Sequence record: SRR22947727_447
Length of the DNA: 64,000 nt
Strand: one strand, 5' to 3'
The first letter of the stretch is position 1. Each line of letters begins with the position of its first letter. Shown here one piece after another: positions 9,853-19,470 of this stretch. Position numbers and translations under genes: made by a program. Under the pieces are notes generated by a model that saw only the letters and a program-made list of their open reading frames with translations, had not been told where the DNA came from and made no database searches.

Positions 9853-10512
9853 CTAGTTCACTTGCTTCTTGAGTTTCTCGATAGTGTCTATTGGATGGTC
9901 ACTTTTAAATACAAAGCTACCTGCAACCAGCACGTCTGCACCAGCAGCTACGAGCTCTGAAGCATTTTTTGAAGTGACACCTCCGTCTATTTCAATAAGC
10001 GTAGGGGCATTTTTTGATTGAATTAAGGCCTTTAATTCACTCACTTTTTCATAGGTGTTTTCTATAAAAGATTGTCCGCCAAAACCAGGATTAACACTCA
10101 TTATACAAACCAAATCAATGTCTTGAATACAATCTTTAAGCAGTGAGACGCTGCTGTGCGGGTTTAAGGCAACTCCAGCTTTCATTCCAGCCCCTTTAAT
10201 GGCTTGTAGTGTTCTGTGCAAATGGGTACATGCCTCGTAATGTACTGTTAGGATATCTGTGCCTAGGGCAGCAAAATCATTGATATATCGGTCTGGATCT
10301 ACGATCATTAAATGTACGTCCAAGGTTTTCTTTGCATGTCTTCCAATGGCCTCAATGACCGGCATTCCAAAAGAGATATTTGGCACAAAAACACCGTCCA
10401 TAACATCTATATGGAACCAATCTGCTTTGGAAGCATTGACCATTTCAATGTCTCTTTGAAGGTTAGCGAAATCTGCAGCGAGTAGGGAAGGGGCTATTTT
10501 TTTTTCTGACAT
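9853..10512 (-). CDS. rpe: Ribulose-phosphate 3-epimerase
   Basis: IAPSLLAADF, HIDVMDG.FVPN, MSVNPGFGGQ, IEIDGG. Confidence 0.97.
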   Translation of the reverse strand: MSEKKIAPSLLAADFANLQRDIEMVNASKADWFHIDVMDGVFVPNISFGMPVIEAIGRHAKKTLDVHLMIVDPDRYINDFAALGTDILTVHYEACTHLHRTLQAIKGAGMKAGVALNPHSSVSLLKDCIQDIDLVCIMSVNPGFGGQSFIENTYEKVSELKALIQSKNAPTLIEIDGGVTSKNASELVAAGADVLVAGSFVFKSDHPIDTIEKLKKQVN

Positions 10513-10583
10513 GTTTTAAGCCTAAGGCCGTTTTTAAAGAATGAAATAAAGTATAAAAATAAGAAAAAATGAGTGGTTTGTTT

Positions 10584-11042
10584 TTATTTAAAAAATTGTT
10601 GTCTTTGCCCCTCAAAAAGTACAATGCTCACCGCATTGGCCAAGTTAAAACTTCGAATGCTATTAGGCGCTAAAGGTATTTTATAAAGCGCATGCTCATA
10701 TTGACGTGTCAGTACTTCTGGCAATCCTTTAGACTCGCAGCCAAAGACAAAATACTGGTCTTCTTCCGTTTTTAAGTCCCAGTATGTCTGGGAGCCTTTG
10801 CTAGAATAGAAAGCCATTTTAGCTTTTGGATTTTCTGCTAAAAAGGAAGCGAAATCTTCGTGAATATGTACTTTTAGTTTGGGCCAATAGTCCAATCCAG
10901 ATCTTTTTAATTGCTTGTCTTCTAAGGAAAAACCAAGGGGTTTGATCAGGTGAAGTTCACTTCCAGTTCCAAGGCACAGCCTACCAATGTTTCCTGTATT
11001 GTTTGGAATTTCAGGATGCACTAAAACAACGTGAAAAGGCAT
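10584..11042 (-). CDS. trmL: tRNA (cytidine/uridine(34)-2'-O)-methyltransferase (SPOUT)
   Basis: PEIPNNTGNIGRLC, LKRSGLDYW, FG.ESKGLP, RSFNLANA. Confidence 0.93.
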   Translation of the reverse strand: MPFHVVLVHPEIPNNTGNIGRLCLGTGSELHLIKPLGFSLEDKQLKRSGLDYWPKLKVHIHEDFASFLAENPKAKMAFYSSKGSQTYWDLKTEEDQYFVFGCESKGLPEVLTRQYEHALYKIPLAPNSIRSFNLANAVSIVLFEGQRQQFFK

Positions 11043-11053
11043 ATAATGGTATT

Positions 11054-11081
11054 AAAAAAGCCCAGTGCGAGGCACTGGGCT
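11054..11081 (-). terminator. Intrinsic terminator after rpoD
   Basis: GCCCAGTGC-gag-GCACTGGGC stem followed on the minus strand by T6. Confidence 0.8.
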
Positions 11082-11088
11082 ATAAGGT

Positions 11089-11952
11089 TTATCCTAGGTA
11101 AGTTTTTAAAATTTTAGAGCGAGAAGTGTGTTTTAGTCTTCTAATGGCTTTTTCTTTTATCTGTCTCACACGCTCTCTTGTAAGATCAAAGGTCTCTCCA
11201 ATTTCTTCTAAAGTCATGGAGTGTTGTCCTGCCAAACCAAAGTATAAACGGATCACGTCTGCCTCTCTAGGTGTTAGGGTTTCTAGCGCTCTTTCTATCT
11301 CGGTTCTGAGGGATTCATGTAAGAGTTCTCTGTCTGGGTTAGGGGATTCTCCTGATCTTAAAACGTCGTATAGGTTTGAATCTTCTCCGTCTATTAGTGG
11401 CGCGTCCATAGATACATGACGGCCAGAATTCTTGAGGGACTGCTTCACATCTTCAACAGTCATATCCAATTCTTTGGCAATTTCTTCAGGAGAGGGCTGT
11501 CTTTCGTGTGCCTGCTCTAAGAAAGCAAAAGCCTTATTGATCTTATTGATCGAACCAATTTTATTTAATGGCAATCTTACAATTCTAGATTGTTCTGCTA
11601 AGGCCTGAAGTATGGATTGACGGATCCACCATACCGCATAAGAGATAAATTTAAAACCACGGGTTTCGTCAAAACGCTGGGCTGCTTTAATTAATCCTAA
11701 GTTGCCTTCGTTAATTAAATCTGGAAGGGTCAATCCTTGGTTTTGGTATTGCTTGGCTACAGAGACCACAAAACGGAGGTTGGCTTTAGTTAGTTTTTCA
11801 AGTGCTGCCTGGTCACCCGCTTTGATTCGCTGTGCCAACTCTACTTCTTCATCTGCGGTAATAAGGTCTACCTTACCAATTTCTTGTAAATACTTGTCTA
11901 AAGAAGCGGTTTCTCTATTGGTCACCTGCTTGGTAATCTTAAGCTGTCTCAT
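11089..11952 (-). CDS. rpoD: Primary RNA polymerase sigma factor (Bacteroidota sigma-A, no region 1.1)
   Basis: [58 protein letters not shown]-terminus typical of Bacteroidota. Confidence 0.96.
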   Translation of the reverse strand: MRQLKITKQVTNRETASLDKYLQEIGKVDLITADEEVELAQRIKAGDQAALEKLTKANLRFVVSVAKQYQNQGLTLPDLINEGNLGLIKAAQRFDETRGFKFISYAVWWIRQSILQALAEQSRIVRLPLNKIGSINKINKAFAFLEQAHERQPSPEEIAKELDMTVEDVKQSLKNSGRHVSMDAPLIDGEDSNLYDVLRSGESPNPDRELLHESLRTEIERALETLTPREADVIRLYFGLAGQHSMTLEEIGETFDLTRERVRQIKEKAIRRLKHTSRSKILKTYLG

Positions 11953-12009
11953 GAATGTCTACTGAATTAATTGGGGACCAACAAATGGTTTGTTATGGGT
12001 CGCATAGAT

Positions 12010-12037
12010 TATACGCTCAAATTTTTAAAAGGTTACA
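12010..12037 (-). promoter_or_regulatory. Candidate ECF-sigma promoter TGTAAC-N16-CGTATA upstream of rpoD
   Basis: AAC(-35)/CGT(-10) with 16-nt spacer, located between the pnp terminator and the rpoD start. Confidence 0.45.
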
Positions 12038-12055
12038 GAAAAAGCACACTATTTG

Positions 12056-12089
12056 AAAAAAAAATAGCCAGACCGAAGGTCTGGCTATT
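12056..12089 (-). terminator. Intrinsic terminator after pnp
   Basis: AATAGCCAGAC-c(TTCG)g-type stem-loop followed by T9 on the minus strand. Confidence 0.88.
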
Positions 12090-12110
12090 AAATATACACT
12101 AAAAGAGTAA

Positions 12111-14321
12111 TTAGTCCCTTCTCGGTTTTCTATCACGGTCGTTTCTACGATCGTTTTTACGGTCACCTTCTGCTCTTGGCGGTCTGGCAACATATCCTTC
12201 TGGCTTTTCTAATAAAGCTTTTCTAGATACTTTCTCTTTTCTAGTTCTTGGGTCTTGACCAAAGTATTTCACTTCAAATTCATCGCCCATGTTTACCACG
12301 TCAGACACATTTTCAGTGCGTTCCCATGCCAATTCAGACACGTGTAAAAGCACTTCATTTCCTGGAGCATCTAAGTATTCTACTACTGCACCAAAGTCTA
12401 ACATTTTAATAACCCTAACCTTATAAGAATCTCCAACGATTGGCTTAAAGGTAAGCGAGTCTATCTTAGCCAATACAGCTTCAATACCCTCTGGTTCTGT
12501 TCCTAAAATCTCAATGATTCCCTCTTCAGTTATAGGATCTTCTGTCACTACAATGGTAGTTTTGGTTGTTTTCTGTAGCTCTTGAATCACTTTTCCTCCT
12601 GGACCAATAAAGGCACCAATGTATTCGTTAGGAATTCTAGCGGTAATCATTTTAGGCGCGTAAGATTTCACTTCCTCTTTTGGTGTAGCAATCGTTTCTA
12701 CCAATTTAGATAAGATGTGTAACCTACCTGCAGAAGCTTGTTTAAGCGCGTTAACTAAGATTTCGTAAGACAAACCTTTCACTTTAATGTCCATCTGACA
12801 AGCGGTAATACCGTCTGCTGTTCCGGTTACTTTAAAGTCCATGTCTCCCAAGTGATCTTCATCTCCTAAGATATCTGATAATACTGCGTATTTACCTGAT
12901 TTAGCATCTGAGATAAGTCCCATGGCAATTCCAGAAACTGGTTTGATCATTTGAACCCCAGCATCCATCAGTGCCATTGTACCAGCACAAACAGTTGCCA
13001 TAGAAGAAGAACCGTTAGATTCTAATACTTCACTTACCACCCTTACTGTGTAAGGACAGTCTGCTGGAATTTGGTTTTTGAGAGCACGTTGTGCTAAGTT
13101 TCCGTGTCCTACCTCTCTTCTTGAAGTTCCTCTAATAGGTCTTGCTTCTCCAGTTGAGAAAGGAGGGAAATTGTAATGAAGGTAGAATCTTTCTTCTCCT
13201 TCAAAAGAGGGCATGTCTATTTTGTTAGCTTCTCTAGAGGTTCCTAAAGTTACAGTAGCCAAAGCTTGCGTTTCCCCTCTTGTAAAAATAGAAGAACCGT
13301 GCGTAGAGGGCAAGTAGTCAATTTCACACCAGATAGGTCTGATCTCATCAGTCTTACGACCGTCTAATCTCAGGCCTTCATTTAAGGTAAGGTCTCTTAC
13401 AGCGTTTTTCTCTGTTTTGTAATAGTATCTAGACACTAAGTCTCCAAAATCCGCCAATTCTTCTTCAGAAAAACTTGCTTTAATTTCTTCTTTAATAGCG
13501 CTGAAAGCAGCAGATCTCTCCTGTTTGGCAGAACCTGCTTGTGCAATCGCATATACTTTGTCGTAAGCCATGTCATGAATCTTAGCTGCTAAAGCCTCAT
13601 CTTCTCTTTCTGACGCATACTCACGTACTTCTTTTTTTCCAAATGCCTCTGCCAATCTAATTTGAGCAGCACACTGAACCTTAATGGCGTCATGGGCGAA
13701 TTTAATGGCTTCTACCATTTCTTCTTCACTAATTTCTAGCATTTCTCCTTCTACCATCATCACTGAATCTGCAGAAGCACCAATAACCATATCAATGTCA
13801 GAAACTTCTAACTGAGCTCTGGTTGGGTTAAGGATGAATTTTCCGTCTATACGTCCTACCCTTACTTCAGAGATAGCACATTCGAAAGGAAAGTCAGACA
13901 ATTGAATAGCTGCAGAAGCAGCCAATCCTGCCATTGCATCTGGCATAACGTCTTCATCATGAGACATTAATTGGATCATTACCTGTGTTTCTGCATGGTA
14001 ATCCTTTGGAAACAAAGGACGTAAAACCCTGTCTACCAATCTCATGGTAAGTACCTCACCATCACTTGGTCTGGCTTCTCTTTTGAAGAAACCGCCTGGG
14101 TACCTTCCGGAGGCCGCAAATTTTTCACGGTAATCTACCGTTAAAGGTAAAAAGTCTACATCACTTTGCTTGTAGTTAGAAACTACCGTACAAAGCAACA
14201 TACATTTACCGGACTGAACCACAACAGAACCATGGGCTTGCTTGGCTAATTTTCCAGTTTCAATAGAGATTTCTCTACCGTCACCTAGGTCTATGACCTC
14301 TTTAAATACTTTTGGAATCAT
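12111..14321 (-). CDS. pnp: Polyribonucleotide nucleotidyltransferase (PNPase)
   Basis: [50 protein letters not shown] and S1 domains. Confidence 0.98.
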   Translation of the reverse strand: MIPKVFKEVIDLGDGREISIETGKLAKQAHGSVVVQSGKCMLLCTVVSNYKQSDVDFLPLTVDYREKFAASGRYPGGFFKREARPSDGEVLTMRLVDRVLRPLFPKDYHAETQVMIQLMSHDEDVMPDAMAGLAASAAIQLSDFPFECAISEVRVGRIDGKFILNPTRAQLEVSDIDMVIGASADSVMMVEGEMLEISEEEMVEAIKFAHDAIKVQCAAQIRLAEAFGKKEVREYASEREDEALAAKIHDMAYDKVYAIAQAGSAKQERSAAFSAIKEEIKASFSEEELADFGDLVSRYYYKTEKNAVRDLTLNEGLRLDGRKTDEIRPIWCEIDYLPSTHGSSIFTRGETQALATVTLGTSREANKIDMPSFEGEERFYLHYNFPPFSTGEARPIRGTSRREVGHGNLAQRALKNQIPADCPYTVRVVSEVLESNGSSSMATVCAGTMALMDAGVQMIKPVSGIAMGLISDAKSGKYAVLSDILGDEDHLGDMDFKVTGTADGITACQMDIKVKGLSYEILVNALKQASAGRLHILSKLVETIATPKEEVKSYAPKMITARIPNEYIGAFIGPGGKVIQELQKTTKTTIVVTEDPITEEGIIEILGTEPEGIEAVLAKIDSLTFKPIVGDSYKVRVIKMLDFGAVVEYLDAPGNEVLLHVSELAWERTENVSDVVNMGDEFEVKYFGQDPRTRKEKVSRKALLEKPEGYVARPPRAEGDRKNDRRNDRDRKPRRD

Positions 14322-14474
14322 ACAATTTAATTACTCCCACTCGCTGTGGGAAGTTAAACAATGGTCTCCGCCTGCTGGACGGCCAGGTTGTGTTGTTGTG
14401 TGTTGTGTGACCAATGAAAAACTAGGTATCAGCTTTTTGATATTTTCCGGTTTAAAAAGTCCGATCTTTAAAGT

Positions 14475-14502
14475 AAAAAAGGGAAGCCTTAGCTTCCCTT
14501 TT
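14475..14502 (-). terminator. Intrinsic terminator after rpsO
   Basis: AAAAGGGAAGC-4nt-GCTTCCCTTTT stem with T6 on the minus strand. Confidence 0.85.
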
Positions 14503-14505
14503 AAA

Positions 14506-14775
14506 TTATTTACGAATATTAAGCTCTTTGATTATCGCACGATATCTCAAGACGTCTACTTTAATCAGGTAGTCTAATAAACTCCTTCTTTTACCTACCA
14601 AACGAACTAAAGAACGCTCTGTATTGTAATCTTTACGGTTCTTTTTTAAATGCTCCGTAAGGTGATTAATTCTGTGGGTGAATAAGGCGATTTGCCCTTC
14701 TGAATTACCAGTGTCAGTGGCTGATTTGCCGTGTTTTGTAAAAATCTCGGCTTTAACTTCTTTGGTTAAATACAT
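14506..14775 (-). CDS. rpsO: 30S ribosomal protein S15
   Basis: DTGNSEGQIALFT.RI.HLTEHL, LVGKRR.LLDYL; 89 aa; upstream of pnp. Confidence 0.98.
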   Translation of the reverse strand: MYLTKEVKAEIFTKHGKSATDTGNSEGQIALFTHRINHLTEHLKKNRKDYNTERSLVRLVGKRRSLLDYLIKVDVLRYRAIIKELNIRK

Positions 14776-14826
14776 TCCAATATTGTTTTAAATGATTTTG
14801 ATGTATTTGATTGATTTTCAATCAGG
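14776..14826 (-). promoter_or_regulatory. Putative S15 autoregulatory ribosomal leader (S15-Flavobacteria-like)
   Basis: About 50-nt 5' UTR with TGATTG-AAAAT-CAATCA hairpin (14808-14824) just after the -7 element; an S15-Flavobacteria r-leader family has been described, but the match was not computed. Confidence 0.5.
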
Positions 14827-14829
14827 GCG

Positions 14830-14837
14830 CAAATATA
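14830..14837 (-). promoter_or_regulatory. Bacteroidota -7 element (TATATTTG) for rpsO-pnp
   Basis: Exact TAnnTTTG match. Confidence 0.65.
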
Positions 14838-14907
14838 GAAAAACTAAATGAAATTAACTTTCTTTTTCAATTTTTTATTTAATGCTAATGCTTTTTAAAT
14901 GAAGCAC

Positions 14908-15777
14908 TTAGGATACAGCTTCCCTTACAGCTTTGTTTTGAATGAGGTCTATATATAAATTCACTTTATTTTTTAAAGCTTTTCTATGTACAATAAAGTC
15001 TAGAAATCCGTGTTCCAATAGGAACTCAGAAGTTTGAAAGTCATCTGGTAAATCTTTTCCAGTCGCTTCTTTTACCACCCTTGGTCCTGCAAATCCGATT
15101 AGTGCTCCCGGTTCAGCGATATTAATGTCTCCTAACATAGCGTATGAGGCCGTTGTTCCTCCCGTAGTTGGATCTGTACATAAGGAAATATAAGGCAATC
15201 CCGCTTCTGCCAATTGGGCCAGTTTGGCCGACGTCTTAGCCAATTGCATTAAAGAAAGTGCCGCTTCCATCATTCTGGCTCCACCAGATTTAGAAATCAT
15301 TAAAAAAGGGGTATTTTTCTTAATTGCATGGTCAATGCCTCTGGCAATTTTCTCTCCTACAACAGAGCCCATAGACCCCCCAATAAAAGCAAAATCCATA
15401 CAGCAAATCACAATATCCTTTCCGTTAGATTTTCCAAAACCGGTCCTCACAGCATCCTTTAAACCAGTCTTTTTTTGAGCTGCTTTTAAGCGATCTGCGT
15501 ATTTCTTGGTGTCCTCAAACTTTAGCGGGTCTTTAGAAGTGAGTTTGGCATCTAATTCGGTGAACTTATTATGGTCAAAGAGTATCTCGAAATACTCCTT
15601 ACTGCCTATTCTTACGTGATAGTCGTCTTCAGGACTCACATAGAAATTTTTTGCCAAATCATCAGACTCGACAATTTTACCCGTAGGAGATTTGTACCAC
15701 AAGCCTTTTGGCGTGTCTTTTTTTTCTTCCGTTGCGGTTTGTATTCCTTTTTCTGTTCTTTTAAACCAAGCAGACAT
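14908..15777 (-). CDS. accD: Acetyl-CoA carboxylase carboxyltransferase beta subunit (zinc-finger Cys absent)
   Basis: [21 protein letters not shown]...[33 protein letters not shown]. Confidence 0.96.
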   Translation of the reverse strand: MSAWFKRTEKGIQTATEEKKDTPKGLWYKSPTGKIVESDDLAKNFYVSPEDDYHVRIGSKEYFEILFDHNKFTELDAKLTSKDPLKFEDTKKYADRLKAAQKKTGLKDAVRTGFGKSNGKDIVICCMDFAFIGGSMGSVVGEKIARGIDHAIKKNTPFLMISKSGGARMMEAALSLMQLAKTSAKLAQLAEAGLPYISLCTDPTTGGTTASYAMLGDINIAEPGALIGFAGPRVVKEATGKDLPDDFQTSEFLLEHGFLDFIVHRKALKNKVNLYIDLIQNKAVREAVS

Positions 15778-15794
15778 ATGTATGAATTTAAATG

Positions 15795-15823
15795 AAGCGA
15801 ATACCTATTATAGGTATTCGCTT
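15795..15823. repeat. Perfect 14-bp inverted repeat between fbaA and accD
   Basis: AAGCGAATACCTAT-T-ATAGGTATTCGCTT; no poly-T tail on the coding strand. Confidence 0.8.
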
Positions 15824-15858
15824 AAACAAACTTAGCGAAAAGCTAGAATTTAAAAAAA

Positions 15859-16926
15859 TTATAAGGTTTGAACGTTGTTCAAATCTTCAAAAGCTTTGGT
15901 TAATCTCGCAACGAAAGTTTTTTCTCCCTCACGAATCCAAACCCTAGGGTCGTAGTATTTTTTGTTTGGTTGGTCTGCTCCGTCTGGGTTCCCAATTTGT
16001 CCTTGTATATAGTCTTTTTTGTCTTGAATATAATCTCTTGTTCCTTCTAAAAATGCGTATTGAAGGTCTGTGTCTATATTCATTTTAATAACACCGTATC
16101 CAATAGACTCTCTGATTTCCTCTATAGTAGAACCTGATCCTCCGTGAAATACAAAATCAATTGAATTGTGTTCCAATCCGTATTTTTCTGAAATAAACGT
16201 TTGAGAATTTAATAAAATTTTGGGTGTTAATTTTACGTTTCCAGGCTTGTAAACTCCGTGAACGTTTCCAAAAGCTGCAGCGATTGTAAATCTTGGACTT
16301 ACTTTAGATAATTCCTCATAAGCATAGGCCACTTCTTCTGGCTGCGTATATAATTTAGAGTCGTCTATGTCTGTATTGTCTACACCGTCTTCTTCTCCTC
16401 CTGTAATACCTAATTCTATTTCTAAAGTCATATCCATTTTGCTCATTCTAGCAAGATATTCTTTACATATAGCAATGTTTTCTTCTAAAGGCTCTTCTGA
16501 TAAGTCAATCATATGAGAGCTAAATAATGGTTTTCCAGTCGCTTTGAAGTGTGCTTCACTAGCGGTTAATAAACCGTCTATCCATGGCAATAATTTCTTG
16601 GCACAGTGGTCGGTATGAAGAATTACAGTAGCTCCGTATGCTTCTGCCAATTGATGTACGTGTTTTGCGCCAGCAATGGCACCTTGAATGGCTGCTTGTT
16701 CATTCTTGTTAGACAGTCCTTTACCTGCATTAAATTGAGCCCCTCCATTTGAAAATTGAATGATTACGGGGGCATTTAATGAAGCAGCAGTTTCTAATAC
16801 ACCGTTGATGGTGCTAGAGCCTGTTACATTTACGGCCGGTAAGGCAAAGCCTTTTTCCTTGGCATAGTTAAAAATTTCTTGAACTTGATCTCCTGTGGCT
16901 ACGCCAGCTTTAATGTTGTGGGACAT
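15859..16926 (-). CDS. fbaA: Class II fructose-bisphosphate aldolase
   Basis: HTDHCAKKLLPW, ELGITGGEEDG, FGNVHGVYKPG, FHGGSGS, KKYYDPRVW. Confidence 0.97.
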   Translation of the reverse strand: MSHNIKAGVATGDQVQEIFNYAKEKGFALPAVNVTGSSTINGVLETAASLNAPVIIQFSNGGAQFNAGKGLSNKNEQAAIQGAIAGAKHVHQLAEAYGATVILHTDHCAKKLLPWIDGLLTASEAHFKATGKPLFSSHMIDLSEEPLEENIAICKEYLARMSKMDMTLEIELGITGGEEDGVDNTDIDDSKLYTQPEEVAYAYEELSKVSPRFTIAAAFGNVHGVYKPGNVKLTPKILLNSQTFISEKYGLEHNSIDFVFHGGSGSTIEEIRESIGYGVIKMNIDTDLQYAFLEGTRDYIQDKKDYIQGQIGNPDGADQPNKKYYDPRVWIREGEKTFVARLTKAFEDLNNVQTL

Positions 16927-16959
16927 GTAATTGTGTTATCTATGAAATGATTAGAGGTG

Positions 16960-16967
16960 CAAAAATA
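16960..16967 (-). promoter_or_regulatory. Bacteroidota -7 element (TATTTTTG) for fbaA-accD
   Basis: Exact TAnnTTTG match. Confidence 0.55.
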
Positions 16968-16981
16968 GTAAAAAACTACCC

Positions 16982-19447
16982 TTAAAAAGGATAATTTATA
17001 CCAATATTTATTACGGAATTCGCAAAATTATAGTCTCTAAACCAGCGTTTTGAATTTTCTAGGCTAGGATTATAGGTTTTGAATCCCACATCTAGTCTAA
17101 ATACAAAATAAGTAAAATCGTACCTTACACCAAATCCACTTCCAATGGCTATTTGCTGTAGGGAAGAAATACCTTGGAATGACCGCTCTGGATCATTAAC
17201 GCCATCTAAAGCATTCCATATATTTCCTGCATCTGTAAATAGCGCTCCTTTAATTGCACCTAATAAAGGGAATCTGTACTCTAAATTAAAAGCCAATTTA
17301 AAGTTTGCTTCGTTAAAATCATTGAGGTTATTGGTGCTTCCTGGGCCTAATGCATAGGCATTCCATGCCCTATTATCGTTTGAGCCACCTGCAAAATAAG
17401 ATCTTGCAAAAGGAATGGTACTCGCATTCCCGTAGGGTATGGCAATCCCTCCAAAACTTCTAAACGCCAATACTTGATCTCTTCCAACGCGCCAATGCTT
17501 AATAAAGTCTAGTTCAGTTTTAATATATTGGGCATAAGGCACTCCTGCTATTAATTTGGTTCCCGATTCATTTTCTTCTATGGGCATTACATTAGATAGT
17601 AAACTCAGTAAGTTTCCAGCGCTTTCTATTTTGGCCCTAAACTGATAAAAATCAGGATCCGTGATTTCTTTTTTATTGTTTTTAATAAGGGTTAGTTGGC
17701 TACTAGAGATGAGGTTATTTTCTATGAGCCTGTTTTTTCGTTCTTCAATTCTTTGAATTTCTTTGTATTGTTCCGAGCTGTTGTCTTGGGTGTTCAAAAA
17801 GGTTTCAATGAAATTTTCGGCACCTTGTGGTATGGTGAGTTCCCCATTATTCGTTATTGTTGGGTCAAAAAAGGGTTCAAAGACAGGGTCTTGCGTATAG
17901 TCTTGCGCCAAAGTATTTAACCTGTTGTATGTGGTGCCGTACACACTAAAGAAACGTTCTGGGTTTAGGTTTTGTACATATTGAACTTCTATAAGACTGG
18001 CATTAAATTTAAGAAAGTCGTTTGGGGCCCAATTAAAGCCATAAGTGGCATTTAAGGTTTGTTTGTCAAGCCCTATATTTTTCTGAAAACTGGTTCCAAG
18101 ACTAATTTTGGTTTGGGGTAAGCTATTTTTAGACAGCAAGCCTTTAAGTGATATAAAAGGAAACCATAGATTGGGTATATTTAAATTAACATCTACACCA
18201 ATTTCTGAAAGGTATTTTTCACTGCTCAGGGCAGCGTCTCCAAGAACACCTATAGACCCTCTTCCGGAAAGGCTTAATATTTCTGCACCACCAAAAATAT
18301 TTCTGGCCGTTAGTGAACTACTAAAGGCCAATCCGAGTCGTTGAATATTGGAGTGGGTGACGTCTAAATTTACTTGTGCAGCATATGTATCCTTAGAATT
18401 CAAATATATTTCTGCCAATAAATCGGGCTCACCTTCAATTTCAGAGATAGATATATTAGGGTATTTAAAAGTATTTAAGCTACTCATTTTTCTGTAGGTG
18501 AGTTGTCTATTGTACTCTCCATAAATAGCTCCTTCAACCAGGTAAACCGGATCTGTAATGGCTTTAGGCTTATAGTGAAGTTTGTCTTTAAAGAATATGG
18601 TGATTCCGTTGTGCTCAATGGAGTCTAGCGCTACTTTTGGCGTGTTATAAGGAATGTCGGTGTAGAGATTAACCCTTTTTATTTTTCTGATGAGATAACG
18701 CTCGCTAGCGGTTTCATTGTTTTCTTTTGGATTTCTTACTGAGAGTACTACAGTTAGTAAGGAGTCTTTATTTTTTTGAACGGTATCTCTACTAATACTA
18801 AAACCTACGGCACTCTCTTGAAAATTATAAATACCGTTGTCTTTGGCTAGTTTACTAATGCGATCTCTCTCTGCGTCAAACCTCTCGTAATTGAAAGGCT
18901 TTCCTTTTTGAATAAAAGAGGTGCCCTTATTGTTTTTGTATAAACTGTCTAAGTCTGGAGAATAAAAAATAGTTTTGATGGAGTCTATTATAAATGCACG
19001 CCCTTTGTCTATTTGGTAACGAACGGTCGCTTTTTGTTTGCGATGGTGTCCTATGATTTGAGCTTTTACTGAAGCATTGAAGTAACCCAAACTTTTATAA
19101 TAAGCTTGGAGTCTTTCTATGGATCTATTGGTGCTTTTTTGATCAATTAGAACAGCTTGCTCTCCAATTCTATTCAACCATGTGTCGCTGCCAGGTTTTT
19201 TTTTACTAAGATTACTTATATTGAGTTTTAAAGGGCTTCCAAAAATATAGGTGTTGGGCTGCTGAATAAGTAGGTTGTAAACCGCTTCATCTGTGCGCTT
19301 TTCAGTCCCTTCTATAATTTCATTCTTTCGGAGAAGCCATTGGTCTTCTGAAAGATTTTTTAGGGGGCTACAGCTGTATATAGTGCACACTAGCAAGATA
19401 AAGCTTACTTTTGTGGTCAATACAGTAAGGGGGGTAGCTCCTTTCAT
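16982..19447 (-). CDS. tamL: Omp85/BamA-TamA family lipoprotein (TamL-like)
   Basis: Lipobox-like YSC, POTRA (GYFNA) segments, YFAGGSNDNRAW, G.G.RYDF.YFVFRLD and C-terminal IGINYPF. Confidence 0.85.
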   Translation of the reverse strand: MKGATPLTVLTTKVSFILLVCTIYSCSPLKNLSEDQWLLRKNEIIEGTEKRTDEAVYNLLIQQPNTYIFGSPLKLNISNLSKKKPGSDTWLNRIGEQAVLIDQKSTNRSIERLQAYYKSLGYFNASVKAQIIGHHRKQKATVRYQIDKGRAFIIDSIKTIFYSPDLDSLYKNNKGTSFIQKGKPFNYERFDAERDRISKLAKDNGIYNFQESAVGFSISRDTVQKNKDSLLTVVLSVRNPKENNETASERYLIRKIKRVNLYTDIPYNTPKVALDSIEHNGITIFFKDKLHYKPKAITDPVYLVEGAIYGEYNRQLTYRKMSSLNTFKYPNISISEIEGEPDLLAEIYLNSKDTYAAQVNLDVTHSNIQRLGLAFSSSLTARNIFGGAEILSLSGRGSIGVLGDAALSSEKYLSEIGVDVNLNIPNLWFPFISLKGLLSKNSLPQTKISLGTSFQKNIGLDKQTLNATYGFNWAPNDFLKFNASLIEVQYVQNLNPERFFSVYGTTYNRLNTLAQDYTQDPVFEPFFDPTITNNGELTIPQGAENFIETFLNTQDNSSEQYKEIQRIEERKNRLIENNLISSSQLTLIKNNKKEITDPDFYQFRAKIESAGNLLSLLSNVMPIEENESGTKLIAGVPYAQYIKTELDFIKHWRVGRDQVLAFRSFGGIAIPYGNASTIPFARSYFAGGSNDNRAWNAYALGPGSTNNLNDFNEANFKLAFNLEYRFPLLGAIKGALFTDAGNIWNALDGVNDPERSFQGISSLQQIAIGSGFGVRYDFTYFVFRLDVGFKTYNPSLENSKRWFRDYNFANSVINIGINYPF

Positions 19448-19452
19448 AAGCC

Positions 19453-19460
19453 CAAAAATA
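19453..19460 (-). promoter_or_regulatory. Bacteroidota -7 element (TATTTTTG) for tamL
   Basis: Exact match only 5 nt from the ATG at 19447. Confidence 0.5.
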
Positions 19461-19470
19461 CACTATTTGT

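Noticed and set aside
11089..11952. Short primary sigma factor as a novelty
   Set aside because: Absence of region 1.1 is the established norm for Bacteroidota sigma-A
14242..14577. 111-aa plus-strand ORF across the rpsO-pnp spacer
   Set aside because: Antisense to both pnp and rpsO, runs through a terminator; its Cys/Val run is just the reverse of the CA tract
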